Origin: an uncultured virus (IMG/VR IMGVR_UViG_3300046810_000373)
Lineage: Duplodnaviria; Heunggongvirae; Uroviricota; Caudoviricetes; Schitoviridae
Reading direction: 5' to 3' (one strand)
Virus record (IMG/VR): IMGVR_UViG_3300046810_000373
Length of the DNA stretch: 20,000 nucleotides
This document shows positions 15,940 through 20,000 of the stretch, one piece after another; position 1 is the first letter of the stretch, and every line of letters starts with the position of its first letter. The translations under genes were made by a program, and so were the position numbers. The notes beneath the pieces are model-generated. The model ran no database searches, was not told the DNA's origin, and saw nothing but the letters and a program-made list of their open reading frames with translations.

Positions 15940-16196
15940 TGACAGAAAAGCCTTGGCTCAATGTCTTTCTTCGGGTCAATAATAGAAAACGCTATCATCA
16001 ACCAGTTGACCTCCATAAAGCGGGATATCCTATGGAGATCCTTCGAACCCGTGCATGGGCAGAAATACACAAACTCTGCCAGGAGCATTTCGTCGATGCT
16101 GCCGGGCGTAAAACTTATATCTGGTTTGGGGAGAAATTCTTCTTCCTAAACAAGGAAGACGCCCAGCTGTTCCGAACACTTCAATTGCTCGTTTAA
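15939..16196 (+). CDS. Hypothetical protein (MTEKPWLNVF...)
   Basis: TAATG coupling; 3' part of ORF-track 15537..16196. Confidence 0.6.
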   Translation: MTEKPWLNVFLRVNNRKRYHQPVDLHKAGYPMEILRTRAWAEIHKLCQEHFVDAAGRKTYIWFGEKFFFLNKEDAQLFRTLQLLV

Positions 16197-16207
16197 CCCC
16201 AATCCCC

Positions 16208-16223
16208 TGCGCTACCACGCATC
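16208..16223 (+). repeat. 16-bp element TGCGCTACCACGCATC, copy 2 (RNAP2 leader)
   Basis: Exact copy of 5821-5836. Confidence 0.8.
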
Positions 16224-16252
16224 GACATCAACTGTCAGTCAGGAGAAAACCC

Positions 16253-17461
16253 ATGTTTCAGACCTTCACTGGGCGCGAATACCTCAAGATCGACATCGCC
16301 AATAACTTCGGCGGCGGTCTCGATAAGCAGGACTGGAATGCTCGCATTGCCTGGTTCGACCAGAACGAGAACCAGCTCAGTGCCTTGGTCAAGCAGGCCG
16401 AGGAACCTGCTCTCTTCTACGCCGGCGCCGTAGCCTGGCAGAAGATGAAAGAGGGTAAGCCCTCGGGCTACCCGATCTCACTCGATGCAACATCTTCGGG
16501 GATCCAGATCCTCGCCTGTCTTGCCGGCGATCGCAAAGCTGCCGAGCTCTGCAATGTCATCGACACCGGCCGTCGGGAGGATGCCTATACTGTCCTCTAT
16601 GAGCACATGGTCAACGAGATCGCCGACACCGCCAAGATCGACCGCAAGCAGACGAAGCAGGCCATCATGACCAGCTTCTATGGCTCCACCGCCATGCCTA
16701 AGAACATCTTCGGCGAAGGCGAGCTGCTCGACGTCTTCTACAAGACCATGCAAGAGCGTGCTCCCGGCGCCTGGGAGATCAACGAGACCATGCTCGCCAT
16801 CTGGGACGATAAGGCCCTGGTGAACGAGTGGGCCATGCCCGACAACTTTCATGTCGTCGTCAAGGTCATGAACTCGGTCTCCGAGAACGTGCACTTCCTC
16901 AACCAGCCCTTCGAGGTCACCTACTCCGTCAACGAGCCGATCGAGAATGGGCGGTCCCTGGGAGCCAATGTCGTTCATTCCATTGACGGCATGATCGTTC
17001 GGGAGATGGCCCGTCGCTGCTCCTTCGACCTGGCCATGATCGAGCGTCTGGAGAACCTCATCCGGCGCTGCGTCAAGACCAAGAACACCCATCGAGCCAA
17101 GGACGATATGGTCCTGATCCTGTGGGGCCGCTATCTGGAATCGGGCTTTCTCTCAGCCCGGATCCTCGACTATCTCGACGAGGAGAACTTCGGTCTCGTC
17201 GATCGTGACGCTATCGTCCGAATGCTGAACAGCCTGCCCCGCAAGCCCTTCGACGTAATCTCGGTCCATGACTGCTTCAGGTGCCTGCCCAACTATGGCA
17301 ACGATCTGCGGCAGCAATACAACAATCTCCTGGCCGAGATCGCCGAATCCGAGATGCTCAGCTTCCTGGTCTCGCAGATCGTGCATCGGCCGGTCCAGGT
17401 CGCCAAGCTCGATCCCACTTTGGCTCGGGACGTGCGGTCCACCAACTACGCGCTCTCCTGA
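16253..17461 (+). CDS. RNA polymerase II subunit B (N4 gp16-like, RNAP2)
   Basis: AGGAG SD; motif A LDATSSGIQ, motif B RKQTKQAIMTSFYGS, NVVHSIDG, motif C VHDCF. Confidence 0.96.
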   Translation: MFQTFTGREYLKIDIANNFGGGLDKQDWNARIAWFDQNENQLSALVKQAEEPALFYAGAVAWQKMKEGKPSGYPISLDATSSGIQILACLAGDRKAAELCNVIDTGRREDAYTVLYEHMVNEIADTAKIDRKQTKQAIMTSFYGSTAMPKNIFGEGELLDVFYKTMQERAPGAWEINETMLAIWDDKALVNEWAMPDNFHVVVKVMNSVSENVHFLNQPFEVTYSVNEPIENGRSLGANVVHSIDGMIVREMARRCSFDLAMIERLENLIRRCVKTKNTHRAKDDMVLILWGRYLESGFLSARILDYLDEENFGLVDRDAIVRMLNSLPRKPFDVISVHDCFRCLPNYGNDLRQQYNNLLAEIAESEMLSFLVSQIVHRPVQVAKLDPTLARDVRSTNYALS

Positions 17462-17470
17462 TCCCGCCTC

Positions 17471-17503
17471 GCCCCAGGTCCCTTGTGGATCTGGGGCTTT
17501 TTT
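17471..17503 (+). terminator. Rho-independent terminator after RNAP2
   Basis: GCCCCAGGTCC-CTTGT-GGATCTGGGGC-TTTTTT. Confidence 0.9.
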
Positions 17504-17522
17504 ATTCCTTCGGATAGTCGCC

Positions 17523-17975
17523 ATGACCGAGAAGAACGAAGCCTTCCATCGCCTGGCTCAGAAGCGGGTCGACGCTCTCACCGACCAGATCAGGGTCTTC
17601 AGCAACCTGGCGGGCCCATCCTACGATTGGACGGCGGAAGAGGTCTGGTCCTATTTCAGCCAGGTCACTGCGGCCCTGGAAACGGCTCTCGGGCGCTTCC
17701 AGGAGCAGAAACGCTGGGGAGCACAGCCTTCCAACGAAGACCCTGCTCCTGAACCTCCTGACGAGAGCCAGGAGCAGGAAGCCGAGGAGGTTGCCGAGCC
17801 GCTCGATGCGGGCGCAGCCAAGCAGCGACGGCGACAGCAAACGATCGGCGATCTGATCATGGCAGCCAAGAATGACTCCAGCATGCTCCCCGAGATGCTG
17901 GCCATGCAGAAGGAGGTGATCGCCAACCTCCAAGGCATCATCAACGAGTTACGGGATACAAAATATCTGTCCTGA
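17523..17975 (+). CDS. Hypothetical protein (FxRLAxKRV...IR..SNL...Y helical family, acidic linker, coiled-coil tail)
   Basis: Start after the terminator; 3' part of ORF-track 17268..17975. Confidence 0.75.
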   Translation: MTEKNEAFHRLAQKRVDALTDQIRVFSNLAGPSYDWTAEEVWSYFSQVTAALETALGRFQEQKRWGAQPSNEDPAPEPPDESQEQEAEEVAEPLDAGAAKQRRRQQTIGDLIMAAKNDSSMLPEMLAMQKEVIANLQGIINELRDTKYLS

Positions 17976-18052
17976 TTATCCTGGATAATGTAATGTCAAT
18001 ATGTCCCTTGATTATGAGGGACGTATTTTCCCTCATTTTCAGGATGTGATTC

Positions 18053-18598
18053 ATGACAACCTATACCGCCGGTCTCAGCACCGATCAGAAATCGGTCTTC
18101 GTCATTACCTCGGGTGGCACGCTCCCCGTCGGAGCCACGGGCATCGGCAGCTTCGACCACGATGAATCCGATGATGAGCTGGGCGCTCTCGCCTCCGGCC
18201 ATGCCATCTTCCACCATATCCGTGATCTCCTCTACAAGACGAGCCATGCGGATCCTTCGGAGGCTGCCAGCTACCCCGACGGCATCTACAATATGGCTGA
18301 GATCGCGATCCTGCTCGCCTGGGCTGCGACCAATACCGTTCTGCCGGCAATCACCGGCACTGCTCAGGTCGGTCAGGTGCTGACCACCACCAATGGCACC
18401 TGGAACGGCACGCCGGCGCCGACCTATACTCGCCAGTGGAAAGCCAACGGCGTCGCGATCGTGGGAGCCACCGGAACGACCTATACCCCCGTCGTCGGCG
18501 ACATCGGCAAGACCATCACGTGCACGATCACGGCGACCAACACCGCCGGTGCAACCACTGCGACCAGCGCAGCGACAGCCGCGGTAATCGCCGCATAA
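18053..18598 (+). CDS. Ig-like domain virion protein, positional equivalent of N4 gp17 capsid decoration protein
   Basis: AGGA SD; PAITGTAQVGQVLT...GTW...YTRQWKANG..I.GATGTTYT...DIGKTITCTITATN Ig-like repeat; located downstream of RNAP2. Confidence 0.8.
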   Translation: MTTYTAGLSTDQKSVFVITSGGTLPVGATGIGSFDHDESDDELGALASGHAIFHHIRDLLYKTSHADPSEAASYPDGIYNMAEIAILLAWAATNTVLPAITGTAQVGQVLTTTNGTWNGTPAPTYTRQWKANGVAIVGATGTTYTPVVGDIGKTITCTITATNTAGATTATSAATAAVIAA

Positions 18599-18624
18599 CC
18601 ATTCTGGTTATAAAAATAATGGAC

Positions 18625-18657
18625 AGCCCCTCATTTTAATTAATGGGGGGCTTTTTT
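18625..18657 (+). terminator. Rho-independent terminator after the Ig-like gene
   Basis: AGCCCCTCATT / AATGGGGGGCT followed by a T-run. Confidence 0.85.
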
Positions 18658-18714
18658 CTTGGCCGAAAATCGGTCATTACCGTTTCAAGTTATCTTCAAA
18701 ACCCGAGCCAGAAA

Positions 18715-18936
18715 ATGCCCAAAGCTCCTGATCTGAAGGCGCTCGTTTTTGAGAGCCTCAACAACGCGAAGCTGAACACCGCTTTCGAGCCCGGCGGTAG
18801 TCTCCGCAATCTCTCTTTGGAGCAGATCGCCATCGATCTCTGCTCATATTCCTCAGACCTGGATCACGTCGACGAAATCAAAGAGGTGATCCCCCATATC
18901 GAGGCCTGGTTCAAAGAAATTGGAACAGGCCCATGA
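18715..18936 (+). CDS. Hypothetical protein (MPKAPDLK...)
   Basis: In-frame ATG after the terminator; ATGA overlap with the next gene. Confidence 0.65.
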   Translation: MPKAPDLKALVFESLNNAKLNTAFEPGGSLRNLSLEQIAIDLCSYSSDLDHVDEIKEVIPHIEAWFKEIGTGP

Positions 18937-19154
18937 TCGAGCTTCTCCCTCACGAGGACTTCAAGCTCGAGGTCCTGCGACCTCCTGGTCCAGGAGGTCA
19001 GCACGCCGGTACGGTTCCCACCACGATCCGGATCACCCATCTTCCGTCTGGAGCCATGGCCCAATATGGCGCCTGCCGCTCACAGCACCTCAATAAGACG
19101 ATCGCTTCCGAGATGCTCTTGGCTGCGCTGACCCACCCCCGTCACAACCGCTAA
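18933..19154 (+). CDS. Stand-alone RF-1/GGQ domain protein (release-factor-like peptidyl-tRNA hydrolase domain)
   Basis: DFKLEVLR.PGPGGQH.....IRITHLPSG.......RSQHLNK..A..ML aligns with the class I release factor domain 3 consensus. Confidence 0.85.
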   Translation: MIELLPHEDFKLEVLRPPGPGGQHAGTVPTTIRITHLPSGAMAQYGACRSQHLNKTIASEMLLAALTHPRHNR

Positions 19155-19189
19155 TCAAGCCCAAAAACCCTCATCAGGAACCCGAGATA

Positions 19190-20000
19190 ATGGCCGACTT
19201 GTCCGCCTACACCTGTACCCCCCGGCAGATCCGGGAATATGTCATCGATTGCATCAAGGCCGGACTGGTGCCTTTCGTCCGGTCTTCTCCCGGCATGGGT
19301 AAGAGCGCCATCATCAACGCGATCGCCAGGGAATTTGGCCTCAAGGTCATCGACCTTCGTCTCTCTCAGGCCACACCGGAAGACGCCCAGGGGCTTCCTC
19401 GCTTTCGGGATATCACCGACGACGCAGGCACCGTTCTGCGGTCGATTTCCGAATTCGTGCCCTTCGAAACGTTTCCGGTCGAGAGCACACCGATCCCGGC
19501 CGGCTTCAATGGTTGGCTCCTGTTCCTCGACGAGTTCAACTCGGGAACCAAAATGGTCCAGGCGGCCATGTACAAGATCATCCTCGACAAGATGGTCGGC
19601 CAGGACAAGCTGCATCCCAATGTTGCGATCGTCTGCGCCGGCAATCTCGAGGGCGATCGAGCCATCGTCAACTCGCTGTCAACGGCGATGCAGTCTCGCT
19701 TGGTTCACCTGATCATGCGGCTCGACCATGAGCAGTTCATGAAGGATGTGGCCTTCAAGAACCACTGGGATCCGCGGATCATCGCATATCTCAGCTACAA
19801 GCAGGGCGCCCTACATGACTTCCAGCCCGACCACGATGGGCACACCTTCTCGTGCCCACGCACCTGGGAGTTCATGAACAAGTTGATCTCGGGCAACGAG
19901 GTCACCGAGGACAAGGCGGCGCTCTACGCCGGCACGATCACATCCGGCACAGCCGTTGAGTTCATCACCTTCACCAAGGTGTTCAACGAACTGCCGAGCC
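19190..20000 (+). CDS. MoxR-like AAA+ ATPase, N4 gp24-like (5' part; runs off the window end)
   Basis: Translated by hand: MADLSAYTCTPRQ...SSPGMGKS (Walker A)...IDLRLSQ...WLLFLDEFNS (Walker B)...CAGN..DRAIVN.LSTAMQSRL; AGGA SD. Confidence 0.92.
   Translation, partial: MADLSAYTCTPRQIREYVIDCIKAGLVPFVRSSPGMGKSAIINAIAREFGLKVIDLRLSQATPEDAQGLPRFRDITDDAGTVLRSISEFVPFETFPVESTPIPAGFNGWLLFLDEFNSGTKMVQAAMYKIILDKMVGQDKLHPNVAIVCAGNLEGDRAIVNSLSTAMQSRLVHLIMRLDHEQFMKDVAFKNHWDPRIIAYLSYKQGALHDFQPDHDGHTFSCPRTWEFMNKLISGNEVTEDKAALYAGTITSGTAVEFITFTKVFNELPS

Noticed and set aside
13528..17092. Minus-strand ORFs over RNAP1 and RNAP2 (13528..14067, 16478..17092) and similar shadows elsewhere
   Set aside because: They lie opposite conserved polymerase genes and translate to V/L/D/G-rich shadow sequence.
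19239..19712. ORF-track 157-aa plus-strand ORF
   Set aside because: Alternative frame of the AAA+ ATPase, which starts at 19190 and has no stop within the window.

Overview
This window is part of an N4-like podovirus (Schitoviridae) genome and spans the late/early junction, where the physical genome termini normally lie. The minus strand at left carries the 5' part of the terminase large subunit (N4 gp68-like), a gp69-like gene and a three-domain protein that looks like a fusion of anti-defence nucleotide-signal sponge modules. An AT-rich divergence zone follows. The plus strand then carries the early/middle region: two N4 virion-RNAP-type hairpin promoters, gp1- and gp2-like transcription cofactors, about 30 small accessory ORFs (MazG-like, SLOG/DprA-like, gp14/macro-like, DUF4326, DUF6440-like), the two subunits of RNAP II separated by a 2.1 kb insertion, an Ig-like gp17-type protein, a stand-alone GGQ release-factor-like mini protein and the 5' part of the gp24-like AAA+ ATPase. 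Most notable: the tripartite anti-defence fusion, a tRNA-like RNA (T-arm stacked on a 24-bp stem) directly behind an early promoter, the mini GGQ protein, hairpin promoters with a non-N4 loop base, and a 16-bp element shared by the gp2 and RNAP2 leaders. All family assignments come from motif recognition by eye, not from database searches.
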